From Camelus ferus (Eukaryota): a stretch of DNA of 64,000 nt. Below the pieces are notes generated by a model. It had not been told where the DNA came from. It did no database searches and saw only the letters and a list, made by a program, of their open reading frames with translations. Every line of letters begins with the position of its first letter. The first letter of the stretch is position 1. Location of the stretch: the NCBI RefSeq assembly GCF_009834535.1, contig NC_045696.1, positions 103,108,001 through 103,172,000 on the forward strand, written 5' to 3'. The position numbers were made by a program, and so were the translations under genes. Of this stretch, positions 38,516-50,319 are shown piece after piece.

Positions 38516-39584
38516 GTAAGACTCTTAGTTTTTCATTTCTCTCTTTTATAAGTCATAGGTAGTTTTGTAAGTGGAAACTTAATTTAACTTAGTTTTTTAA
38601 AAAGTTTTAGTTCAACGCAGTTCCAAATTTACTTTAACCTAACAGACTAGTAAAGAATGCTATTGAGAGCATTCTACTTCTGTTTTAAAATTACAGTTAT
38701 TTTAAAGAAAAAAAGACATTTAAATAATGAGCTTAAAAATGCCTGTTTTCTCTTTATATATTTACTTTGTGAACTAACAGTTACATTTTTTTCTTGTTTC
38801 ACCTGAATGACCTATGCTGTCTGTTGTGAAATGACATTAATTCAAAAGGTGAAAAGGAGAGGACTATATCATGTTTATCAAAAGCAATTTTCAAATCTCC
38901 ACCATGCATGGGATGGGAATTCATAGATGATTTCCTTTATTTCATCTTCCTGAGGACAAAAATTGAATTGTTTTGTGTGAGATACTTAATTTTAATACCA
39001 TGACCCCAAATCTGAACCACACTTTTTAATCTAAATAATACATGTGTATTATAGGCTAATTAGAAAACATATATAAGTAGATAATAACTAAGGAAACAAG
39101 CAAAAACCCTCTCAAATCTTGTAGGTAACCACTGTTATTTTGGTGCATATTTTTCCAGAGTTTTAATTTGCATGAAATAAGTTCCCCATAAGTAATAGCT
39201 GATTTTTTAATCTATTAGATTATTTTTGTGTAAGATGAAGATTTTTAAAATAAAAATTGTTAAACATTAGTTTGATAGAGGTAATCTGGAAGACAAAAAA
39301 AATCTGTTGGTGGGTATTGATTCAGTTTAATCTTTTATAGCATTTGTTATGCTTTAAATATTTTCAGATTACTAATTACATATGAAGAAGCTCATTTTCA
39401 TTCCAGCAGTATACTTTTATGATTACTATACTGAGCAGAAGAAAAAAGAACTGAGATGTCAGATAATGAAATTTAAATATCCTGTCTACTGCTAAATAGC
39501 TTTAATGAATTGTTTGACTTTTAATTTGAATCTTTAATTTTTCATGTTTCAGTTTTCCGTAAGAAATTTTTTGTACTTTCCCAG

Positions 39585-39680
39585 GTACCCACTAAAGATG
39601 ATGATGAATTTTGCAACATTTGGCAGTCTTTACAGGGATCCAGAAAGGCTCAGCACTTTCAGCCAACTCTACAAGAGAAG
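39585..39680 (+). CDS. XRN1: XRN1 coding exon (~32)
   Basis: cccag|GTA...AAG|gttagt; VPTKDDDEFCNIWQSLQGSRKAQHFQPTLQEK. Confidence 0.95.
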
Positions 39681-40492
39681 GTTAGTATACCATGCCTGAC
39701 GAACATTTAATTTTAAAAATTTATTTTTATATTCTCTTTTAGGTTTGCAATGATTAATTTTTCTCCTGAAATCTCATAAAATAGAAATAACAGTTTTGAT
39801 CTTGAATTTTCATAATTCTCTTTCAGACATACATCTTTTTGGACCAGTAAGTGAGAATATAGAAAATTTTCCTTTTAAATCAGTTTTAGATTTTTTTTAG
39901 TTGTTTACAAAATCATAATAACCTGTATTTTAAATTCAATAAAGGCTTTAATGGCACTCATTAACTTACTCATTTCCACTTGAATATATGGCTTTATGCT
40001 GGCAATTGGTTATCTTAAATAGAATGAACAAATTCACATTCCTTGCTAGAGATTAGTAAGAGGAAAAAAATTCTGCCAGAAGAGTAGACTCAGATACCAA
40101 AAAAAAAAGGAAGAAAAGGAATGAATTCCTACTGCATTTTTTGCTAGTTACTGACCTATCTTCTCAGCATAGGTTAAAAAGGAATGTCCTCTTAAGCTTA
40201 TAAACCAGTAACCTATACCATAAAGGCCTAATTTATTCTAATGTCCACCAGTGATGGTGGCATTAGCAGAGCTAGAGAGAGGAAAATAGCAAAGGGAATG
40301 ATGGTAAAATAAACATAAAAAGTGAGAGTGACAAAGCACACAGGTCACCTCTGCCAGAATGCTAATATGAGTTTTCCTTAGATCATCCACAAATCCTTTC
40401 TACACAAATGTAATCCATATCTAGATTTTCAAACTCTCTTTTCCTCCGTTATTGATACTGCTAACCACTCATTCTTCAGGAGTGCTTTTTTA

Positions 40493-41060
40493 TCATTCAT
40501 TTGTTCATTCAACACATATTTATTAAGTGCCTACCATATACTAGGCATTGTTCTATGCAAAATACAGCTGTAAACAAAACAAAAATCCTGGCTCTCATAC
40601 AATTAGTATTGTAGGGAGGAAAGGACAATACATAAGATAAAAAAGTAAATTAAATGGTATATTAGACAATGATATATAAGTTTGAGAAAAATTTCAGGGA
40701 AGCAGGATAGGAAATGTTGAGGGGAGGGAAGGTGAGGTTTTCCAATTTTAAATGGAATGTTTGGGTAACATTTGAGCAAAGATTTGAATGAAATGAGGAG
40801 TAAAATACACAGATACCTGAGGGGAGAGGCTCTGTTTTAGGGGGTGATCCCAGGCATACACAAGGAAGAGAAAGAAGACCATTTGGCTGAATCGGTAGGG
40901 TGAGTTATAGGAAATGCAACTGGCGAGGTAACAGATTGATACTCTAGGACCTTCTGACCAATATAAGGACATTAGCTTTTACTCAGTAAGACAGGGAGTC
41001 AGTAGAATGTTTTGAGTAGCAGAGTGACATGATCTGAATTACATTTTAATATGCTCTAGA
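40493..41060 (-). mobile_element. L2 3' portion
   Basis: cattcatttgttcattcaacacatatttattaagtgcctaccat...gagtgacatgatctgaattacatttt. Confidence 0.8.
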
Positions 41061-41106
41061 GTTCTAGAGAACTCAACATGATTTTTTTTTTAAAGGTATT
41101 CAAGCT

Positions 41107-41500
41107 TCTGGAAAAGGCAAGGCTATGGGGACAGTAAAAATATCAGTGGTTGCCAGGGGTTGTGGGAAAGGGAGATGTGAATAGGTAGAACAGTGAATAA
41201 GCTCTGTATGGTACTGTATGGTGGATACATGTCATTTATATACATTTGTCCAGACCATAGAATGTACAACACCAAGAGTGAACCCAATGTAAAATGGACT
41301 TTGGCTAATAATTATGTGTCAATGTAAGTTCATTGGTTGCCACAAATGTACCATTCTGCTGTGGTTGGGGGTGAGGGGGGAGTGTTGATAATGGAGAAGG
41401 CTGTGCATGTATGAGGGCAGGGGGTACATGGGAAATCTCTGTACTTTCCTCTCAATATTGTTGTGAACTTAAAACTGCTCTAAAGAAAGTCTTTAAAAAA
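41107..41500 (+). mobile_element. L1MC1/2-like 3' end
   Basis: ttctggaaaaggcaa...catagaatgtacaacaccaagagtgaacc...gggaaatctctgtactttcctctcaat...aaaactgctctaaa. Confidence 0.85.
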
Positions 41501-41659
41501 TGCCAAGTTTTTATTGACAAAATATGAGAATGTGACTAACACAAATAGCTTTAAGTAGACATCAAACAGAACAACCAAAAAGACTGTACTTGTAAGTAGA
41601 ATATTTTCTTTCTAATTAAACTTAGGGCACTTGTTCTTTGAAATGGTACTGTCAACATG

Positions 41660-41880
41660 GGTTTTAGAATTAGAGCTCAGATGTCAGCTCTTCTATTAGT
41701 CAGTTCTATAACCAAATTACTTTATCACTTTGAACCTCAGTTTACTTATCTATAAAATGGAATCAAAATACCATAGTATTTTTATGATCATAGTATTATT
41801 CTAATGATAAGATAATGGATGCAAAGTATATCCTACCATGCCTGGCACATAATAGACACTCATACAATATTTGTTCATAC
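41660..41880 (+). mobile_element. MIR SINE
   Basis: tgaacctcagtttacttatctataaaatgg...tgcctggcacataatagacactca. Confidence 0.65.
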
Positions 41881-43125
41881 CAATCTGTTGATCCTGGTGT
41901 TCCAATTCCCTTTCTTAGAGTCAAAATCCCCCATAGTGTGCTGCTCTGGGCCAAAAACCCCACCAACCATTGTGCTCTGCAGATAGACATCTCTTGGCCC
42001 TTTTCACTCTTACAGACTAAAGAGCCCTGGATGTTCCTGTGCATATGAGCTCACTGGATCTTCCTTCACACTATGGTGCATATCACAACTATTTTGCAAC
42101 ATGCCCACTGCCAACTAGGACGTGATATGCCTTTGCATCCAGTGTTCATTTGTCTGTGCCCAGAAAAAAATAATAAATAGGGCCCACCAAAAGCAAAATT
42201 GTGTAACCATTGTAAAGTGATTAGTTTTTATTGACCATCTCCTGCCCCTACTTTTGCTTCCCCTTCCCACTTGAGCTGTGGCATGTAATCTGTTTCTTTG
42301 TGCCTTCGTGCCTCCTCTCTATTAGAAAGCAAAAGGATCTGATATGATCTTCATATGAGTATGCCATTTTGCTAATTCTGCCCATTCTTACACTGTCTCA
42401 GTTATGATAACTTTATAATCAGTCTTGCTATCTGGTAGTAGTCTTCCACCGTTTGAAAACCTTGATAATATAGATATTAATTAAAAAATCAGGTATTGGG
42501 GGAAAGGATGTGGAAGGGCTAATATCCTCAACTCCTGTAACAGGGGTAAGAATGATAAATTTTTTAAAACCTCTTTAATGGAAATTTTTTAAATAATAAA
42601 GTCAAGAGAATAGTATAAGAAACCTATAAGTACCCATCCCTACCTTGAACATGTCCAATTCTGTTTCTTCCATTACACCTTATTTCCCATCCCCACATAC
42701 CTCAGAGGTAGGATTATTTTGAAGCAAATCCAGAGGAATCTTTAGAGGCTGATATTTCTGTTGTGAGGAAACATTTACCTAAAGTTTTGTCTTCTCGTTA
42801 GTTTCTGTATTAGCTTCAAGCAAAATTAGGTTTAATTCTTTCTATTGAAAGCATTTTTGTAAAATGATTGTTTTCTATATATCTTACTATCAAATGCATA
42901 AAGAAACATCTGGAGTGATGATCATAATGTTAATAATAGTTATTCCTGGGGTTGTAGAATTTGGTTTTTAAAATTCTCTTTACTTTTCTGCATTCCTTAA
43001 ATTATTTTCTAATGAGGTCAATATTTTTTATAAAAGTGATGAAGTATTTATTAAACATTGAGGAAGAGAAGTATTTTTAATATTAAGAGTTTGTTTAAGT
43101 CATTTATAAGAATTTTAACTTTCAG

Positions 43126-43228
43126 GGTGCAGTTCTACCTCAAGAGATAAGTCAAGTAACTCAACATCATAAATCTGGCTTTAATGACAACAGTGTTAAG
43201 CAAAGAAAACATGAGCCTCACAGAAAAT
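43126..43228 (+). CDS. XRN1: XRN1 coding exon (~33)
   Basis: ttcag|GGT...T|gtaagt; GAVLPQEISQVTQHHKSGFNDNSVKQRKHEPHRK(F). Confidence 0.95.
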
Positions 43229-43271
43229 GTAAGTTTTGAGTTAGGAGTTTTACTTGTGCTAACTGCTTCCT

Positions 43272-46070
43272 TTTATTTTTATTAATTAACAGCTTTACTA
43301 AGTTAATTCACTTACCATAAAATTCATCCTTTTAAAGTGTACAATCAGTGTTTTTTTGGTACTTTCACAAAGTTGTACAACCAATGCCACTATCTAAATT
43401 TAAAATATTATCACCCGAAAAAGGAACACCATACTTACTAGTAATCATTACCCTACCCGTGGGAACCACTAATTTACTTTCTGCCTCTATGGATTGACAT
43501 ATTCTGGATATTTCATATAAACAGAATCATAAGATACGTGACCTTTTGAGACTGGCTCTTTTCACTTGGCATAATCTTTTCAAGGTTCATTCATGTTGTA
43601 CCTTGTATCAGTATTCATTTCTTTTTATGGCTGACCAATATCCTGTTGTATGAATACTACATTTTATTTTTATCCATTAATCCATTGATGGACATTTGGG
43701 TTGTTTCCACTTTGGGGCTATAATGAATAATACTGCTACGAATATTCATATACAAGTTTTTGTGTAAACATATGTTTGCATTTCTCTTTGGTACACACAA
43801 ATGAACAGAATTACTGAATCATACGTTAACTCTCTGCTTGACTCTTTGTGAAACTACCAAAGTGTTTTCCAAAGTAGCTGTACCATTTTACATTCCCACC
43901 AGGTAGATATGAGGATCCAGTTTCTCCATCCTCCATAACACTGTTACTGCCATCTCTTTTATTACAGCCATCCTGGTAAGTGTAAAGTGGAATCTCCTTA
44001 TGGTTTTCATTTGTATTTCATCAGTGACTAATAATATTGAACATTCTTTTACATACTTATTGACTGTATATCTTCTTTGAAGAAATACATATTCAAACCT
44101 TTCACTGATTTTTATACTTGGATTTTTTATTCTTGAGGTGTAAGAAATCATTACATATTCTGTATACTATAGGTAATCAGATAATTTGATTTGCAAATAT
44201 GTGCTCTCATTCTGTGGGTTGTCTTTTAACTAACATTACAGTGTACTTGAAACACAAAAGTTTTTAATTTTGATCAGATCTGATTTAACCTTTTTTTTTC
44301 CATTTTTTCTTTGGTTGCTTGTGCTTTAGGTGTCATATCTAAGAAACTATTGCCTAATCTAAGGTCACAAAAATTTATACCTGTTTTTTTCTAGGCGTTT
44401 CATAGTTTCAGCTCTTATATTTGGGGGGGTTTTCTTGGGGTTTTTTTGTTTTTGTTTTTGTTTTTGAGTAAGTATATATATGATACAAGAGAGGGGTTTA
44501 TATTCACTCCTTTGCATGTAGATAGTTAGTTGTCCTAGCACCATTTGCTAAAAGACTGTTCTTTGCACTCCATTGAATTGTCTTGGCACCCTTGTCAGAA
44601 ATCAATTGACCATGGAAGTATGGGTTTATCTCTAGTCTCTCAGTTCTATTTCTCTGATCTGTATGCCATCTTTTTGTGAACAACACACCATCTTCATTAC
44701 CATAGCTTTCTTACAAGTTTTGACATTGAAAAGTTTGAGTCCTCCAACTTTGTTTCCCTTTTTCAAGATTATTTTGTCTCTTCTGGTCTCCTGAATTTCA
44801 TGTGAATTTTAGGATCACCTTGTCTATTTCTGCAAAAATGGCAGCTGGAGTTTTTATAGGGATTGTGTTGAATCTGTAGACCACTTTAGGTAGTATTGTT
44901 ATCTTAACAATATTAAGCCTTTCTATTTCTTTCAAAGATGTCTTATAGTTTTCAGTGTACAGGTCTTGCACTTTTTAAGATTTATTCCTACGTATTTTAT
45001 TCTCTTTAATACTGTGGTCAGTGGAACTGTTTTCTTACTTTGGGGTGGGGGAGATTATTCATTACTATTTATGGAAATAAAACTGACTTTTGTGTATTGA
45101 TCTTGCATCCTGCCACCTTGTTAAACTTGTTTATTACCCTAATTTTTTCTGACTTCTGCAAATAGAGGTAATTGTACTTCTTCCTATACAATCGGGATGA
45201 CTTATTTCTTTTTCTTGCGTAACTCTGTGACTAAAACCACCAGTACAATGTTAAATAGAAGCAGTGAGAGTAAACATCCTTATCTTGTCTTGATCTTAAA
45301 GATAAGTATTCAGTCTTTCAGCATTAAGTATAATGTTAGCTGTGGAGTTTTGATAGATGCCCTTTATTAGGTGAGGAAATTTCCTTCTGTTCCTCGGTTG
45401 TTGATTTTTTCCCCCCTGGAGGGGTGTTAGATTTTGTCAAATGCTATTTCTTTTTATTTCTTGAAATGATCACATGGATTCTTTCCCTTATACAATTAAT
45501 ATGGTGTATATCATTGATAAGTTTTTCATATGCCAAACCAACCTTGCATACTTGGGATAAATCCCACTAGGTCTTAGCGTACAATCCTTACAATCCTTTT
45601 TATATGCTACAAGATTCTACTTGCTAGTATTTTCTTGAGGATTTTTGCATCTATATTCATAAGGGATATTTGTAATTTTTCATGTATGTCTTTGATTTTG
45701 GTATCATGGTAATACTGACCTCGTAGAATGTTGGGAATAACACTTTGAAGAGCTATAGCCTCATTCTAAACTCTGGTGGCAGCCAGGCTATTGCTTTTCA
45801 CCAAAATATGTTGGCTGTTATTTTTCAAGGCTACATGGAGCTGAAGAGTGGGAATGGAGTAGGGCAAATTAAAAGGCCACAGAGCTTCCTAAGAGTCAGT
45901 CTTTTTTCCTGAATAAATACTGCCTAGATTGCTGCATGCCTTAATTAACTTTCATCATTCTGAATATTAGGATTCTGATCATTTATGTTCATTTTCTTGT
46001 TGCTTTTATGGAGGAGAGAATTTGTAGAGGTCTTTTGACATTTTTTGCTGTTGTCCCCTACTAACCACTT
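43272..46070 (-). mobile_element. About 2.8 kb antisense L1 (L1MB-like): 3'UTR and ORF2 with deletions, plus a probable 5' region fragment
   Basis: 3' end ccataaaattcatccttttaaagtgtacaa; minus-strand ORFs 43888-44151 and 44504-44686 resemble decayed L1 ORF2 (WHTDQRNRTERLEINP, KGAKTIQW). Confidence 0.88.
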
Positions 46071-46185
46071 TTTGAGATAAGTTTTAAAATTTATTTAGAG
46101 TGATCCAGTTATTTTTGTGTGTGTAAACACTTGCCTATTAAATTACTCCAAACTATATTACAGATTTTTGTTAAAAATATATACA

Positions 46186-46540
46186 CCATCATTAAAAAGT
46201 TCACAAACAGTAAATGCTGGAGAGGATATGGAAAAAAGGGAACCGTCCTACACTGTTGGTGGGAGTGTAATTTGGTGCAGCCACTGTGAAAAACAGTATG
46301 GAGATTGCTTAAAAAACTAAAAATAGAAATACCATATGATCCAGCAATCCCACTCCTGGGCATATACCCAGAGAAAAATCTAATTTGAAAAGATACATGT
46401 ACCCCAGTGTTCATAGCAGCACTGTTTACAATAGCCAAGACATAGAAACAACCTAAATGTCCATTGACAGATGACTGGGTAAAGAAGATGTGGTATATAA
46501 ATATGTAAATACAATGGAATACTACTCAGTCCTAAAATAG
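46186..46540 (+). mobile_element. Younger L1 ORF2 C-terminal fragment
   Basis: aatgctggagaggat...ccatatgatccagcaatcccactcctgggcatatacccag...aacctaaatgtccattgacagatga. Confidence 0.9.
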
Positions 46541-47147
46541 GCAAATAAACAATAAATTCCATAATCTGTAGTAATGATAAATCTATGATTAAAAAATTAA
46601 GCGGATTAAGAGGGTTGAGTGATACAGGTGCTATTTTAAATAGAGTGGTCAAGGAATACCATTTGAACAGAGACCCAAATAAAAGGGAAGTGGACTAGTA
46701 TAGGCCATACAAGAAGCTTGCTGAAGAGCTTTCCAGCAGAGGAAATACCAAGTGCAGAGTCCTGAATCTAATGTATTATATTTTATATGTACGTGGTATT
46801 TTTTATACTTATATATTAATGTAGTGTAAGAATAGTCTTTTAAAAATATTTTCCTAAAAAAGCTATTTCGAAAAATTTTGTGGTTTTATAACTTTGGTTC
46901 AGGTTGTGGGGTGTTCTTGCACTAATTTCTATGTGTTATTTTTCTTTCTTTTACATTTTAACTATAATGTCCCTATAAACCTGATAAATGTAGCTTAAAG
47001 ATTTTATATTTAATTGAAATGTGTTGTGATTTTCCTTCAAATTATTGTTTATGTAAGTGTATGAAAACTGTGTTATGTGGAATTCCAGTTAGTTTGCTTT
47101 CGTGTGTTTCTCAGCAGAGGTTTAAATGTGAATACGTATCAATTCAC

Positions 47148-47460
47148 ATTTTCTTTTCCTCCTTCCAAGATTACTTCCTTACCTTCCTCTCTTCCTTTCT
47201 TTTCCCCTCTGTTCCTTCTCTTCCTTTTCCTTCCCATCTTTGTCCCTTCCTTTCCTCCTCTCTCATTTCAACCTGTCCCTCCCTTCCATCCCTTCTCCCA
47301 CTTCTTTCCTCATCCTCTGTTTCCTCTTTGGTCCTGTCCTCCCTCCTTCCTTCCTTTTTTGTCTTCCCTTCCTTCCTCTCTTCCTTCCTTCTTTTTTCCT
47401 TTCCTCCTTCCTCTTCTAATCCATCCTTTTCATTTCGCCTCTATTCCCCTAATTTCCCCT
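47148..47460. repeat. CT-rich low-complexity polypyrimidine tract (~310 bp)
   Basis: Almost purely C/T on the + strand (ccttcc/ttcct units). Confidence 0.9.
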
Positions 47461-47474
47461 TAATGGGAATCCCA

Positions 47475-48005
47475 AAATAGCTTCCTAACTGATCTCTTAC
47501 TCTCCTTCCATCTATCCAATAAGCCACTGCCGTATTTTAATCTTCTTAAGGCACAATTCTGATGAGATTACTATCTGCTCAAAACCATTCTGTGATTATG
47601 ACCACTGCCTACCAGTTTAATTCCATAGTCTTCAATGCCTTGCAGATTATGGCTGCAACCTGCTTCTCTAGTTCAATTAAGCTTCATTATACTCCTCAAC
47701 CTCCAGTGGAACTGATGTGTTTAGAGTTCCACAAACATTCCTTGCTTTCTGCTTCCATGCTTTTCTCCTATTATTTCCCTTGCTGAAATACTTATCCTCC
47801 TAGTCTGCCCTTTGGAAACCTGCCATCCTGCAGGGCTCAATCAGATGTTGCCTTTCCCTTTCCCTTATTGTTGTGATCTGTGAGTATCTTCTTCTCATCT
47901 AGATTATAAATTCCTCAAGATCAGGGCCTTTGTCTCCTTGCTTGCAACTTTGTGAGTTTTTTGCACAGTGCCCTGCTATGGTAAATATTTGGTAAATTTA
48001 ATTGG
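47475..48005 (+). mobile_element. L2 relic
   Basis: aatagcttcctaactgatctc...ctagattataaattcctcaagatcaggg...gcacagtgccc. Confidence 0.6.
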
Positions 48006-48054
48006 TGTGCAGCAAGTTCTTTCATTTAACAAAATTTCTGTTTTCTTGTCTTAG

Positions 48055-48116
48055 TTAAAGAAGAGTGTAAGAGTCCTAAAACTGAGAATCAGTCACAAAA
48101 AATGTCAAATAGGCAG
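48055..48116 (+). CDS. XRN1: XRN1 coding exon (~34)
   Basis: cttag|TT...CAG|gtaagc; (F)KEECKSPKTENQSQKMSNRQ. Confidence 0.94.
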
Positions 48117-48944
48117 GTAAGCTTCTTAAAATCAGATTTCCGGTAGCCAACTTTTTATTGCAATTGGTAGCTCTGTGGCATCTCTTGCAATCCTTTGAGC
48201 CAGATTAATATGGTGAGTGGCAGGAGGGTTGTGGAGTGTAGCCTGTCAGTCACTTGGATGGGAGATTGCACAGCTAGAGTCCAGGATTTAAAACTACAGA
48301 TACCTCAAGTTCTCGTTCTGCCATTTAATACTTAGGTGGCCTTGAGCAATTCACTGCACTTCTGACAGCCTCAGTTTCCTGATCTTTAAAATGTAGATAA
48401 AAGTATATCAGTTGTCTCTCTCAGTATATATAGTCTGTATATACATGCATACATACAAACATACCTACATGCATTAATATGTGTGTGTGTATATATATAA
48501 AATATGTGAAAATATATTTGTTTATACAGTTAAAGTATATGGACCAGCATAGTAAAGTTAATGGTTAATTCTGTGGAGTTAAGTTAATGGAGGAAGCTGA
48601 GATCATTTACATTTTATTTTATATAGTCTTTGTTATTTGATAAGGAGTATGTGTACATTTTATAATCAAAAAATAACATTTTAAATCTCAAAATTCATGT
48701 TTACTTATGTGCATTTTCTATATGCACAGTATATTTATAATGCAATTTTGTAAAAATAGATTTCTTATAAGCTAGTAATATATTACATTTATAAAAAATG
48801 CCTTAGCAGATATTTTAGCACACAACACATGCTCAGTAAATGGAGCCCATTGATATTTAGATACCAATAAAGGGTTGAATTACATGACTTTTAAGGCCCT
48901 CTCTTTCTAAAACTCCTATGCTGTAATTTCCTCTCTTCAAGAGA

Positions 48945-49200
48945 AGGGATTCATAAACTCTTTGTGCCATGGACCTCTTGTGTGAAGCCTATGGACTCTT
49001 TCTCAGAATAATAATTTTAATGCTAAATAAAATACAGCAAATTTGAAAGAAAACCAATTATATTGGAATACAATTATAATCACCATCATTGTGGCTTATT
49101 GCCTACATTCATAATTGAAGGAAAGGCTAAATCTCACTTAGAAATTAATGAAGATAAAGATGTAATTTTTTCCTTCACCAAGTTTACGGGCCCCCCTTTT
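48945..49200. mobile_element. hAT-Charlie relic
   Basis: gtgccatggacc...gtgaagcctatggactctttctcagaataa...ttcataattgaaggaaa...aaagatgtaattttttcc. Confidence 0.6.
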
Positions 49201-49317
49201 TTCTGATATAAAACAGAAAATTACACATAAAAAGGTTTGCGGTGATTTATTTAGAATACTATTAGGTAGTAACTATACATTTTACTTGCACAAAAACTCA
49301 TTCTTACTCTTTTATAG

Positions 49318-49428
49318 ACGTTTGGAGGGCCTGCAAAATGTAATATTAAGCTATTGAAGAGAAGTGAAAGTGCAGAAGTCTCAGAAAATCAAAATGTTGT
49401 GACTGGTTATCCAAATACTATTGATAAG
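49318..49428 (+). CDS. XRN1: XRN1 additional in-frame cassette exon (37 aa) between ~exons 34 and 35
   Basis: ttcttactcttttatag|ACG...AAG|gtaaaa; 111 nt, phase 0/0 matching the flanking exons, no stop; TFGGPAKCNIKLLKRSESAEVSENQNVVTGYPNTIDK. Confidence 0.8.
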
Positions 49429-49583
49429 GTAAAAGACCATTTATTCAATTTCTCTTCCCAAACTTTAACACATGGGAAGATGATTGAGTGAAAATTAAAC
49501 GATCATTTTTGAATATAAAACTGTTAGCTTTTTTCGTGCCCTTGTACTTTCATCTTCATGCACAAGGTATTTTTTTCTTTTAG

Positions 49584-49706
49584 CCTAATCCTGGAATTGA
49601 GAACTTCATAGCATCCTTGAATATCTCCAAAGAAAATGAAGTACAGTCATCTCATTATGAAGAGCCTCCAAGTGAGGAACATTTGTCACCACAGTCATTT
49701 GCTATG
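49584..49706 (+). CDS. XRN1: XRN1 coding exon (~35)
   Basis: tttag|CCT...ATG|gttcgt; PNPGIENFIASLNISKENEVQSSHYEEPPSEEHLSPQSFAM. Confidence 0.95.
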
Positions 49707-50159
49707 GTTCGTATTTTGTAGGAACTTGTATTCCGTGATAATACCACTATTGTTGGCCATGCATGCATACGCTTTGCAATGGTTAAAATACTTCTCTCTC
49801 GTGTAGACTGGTGTGTTGCACCATTATTGTCATCCTGGGAGGAAAACCAGCTGCCCTGGGCAATTTAGCCATCTTCTTCTTTTTTCTCTTTACACCATAG
49901 ATCCCTTGCTTTCAAACATTGCTACTAGGCAGTTTGGTCAAAAGTTAAGCAGAAAGATAAGTATTGTTTCTTTGCCAGGAAATGTGGAGTGTTTTTTTCA
50001 ACGCTAGACTACTGATTTTGTGCATTTTCTATCTGAATGTAGTTGTCTTCATTTTTTATAATGGAACTCATTAAAAGAAGAATCACTATGCTCTATAACT
50101 CTACTTTTAATTTTTCTCCCCTGTTCCCACCATCTCCCTGCCAATCATTTTCAAAACAG

Positions 50160-50319
50160 AAGGGAACTCGGATGCTTAAAGAAATTCTAAAAATTGATAG
50201 CTCTAACACTGTGGACCATAAGAATGAAATGAAACAGTTTGGTAATGAAGTCACTGTTTCCTCTAATAGAAGAGATGAATATGGACCTTCCTCACAGCCT
50301 AAGCAAAATAAGAAATTAA
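50160..50319 (+). CDS. XRN1: XRN1 coding exon (~36); tandem NAGNAG acceptor (alternative start 50163)
   Basis: aacag|AAG|GGA...TTAA|gtaagt; KGTRMLKEILKIDSSNTVDHKNEMKQFGNEVTVSSNRRDEYGPSSQPKQNKKL(T). Confidence 0.94.

Noticed and set aside
43888..46438. ORFs with L1 ORF2-like or antisense-L1 peptides
   Set aside because: Decayed LINE-1 fragments with stops and frameshifts, not genes
47108..47141. Possible microexon after tttctcagcag
   Set aside because: The donors (gtgaat, gtatca after C) are poor, so there is insufficient support
47019..47480. 153-aa and 128-aa Ser/Phe/Pro/Leu-rich ORFs
   Set aside because: Artifacts of the CT-rich tract, which lacks stop codons
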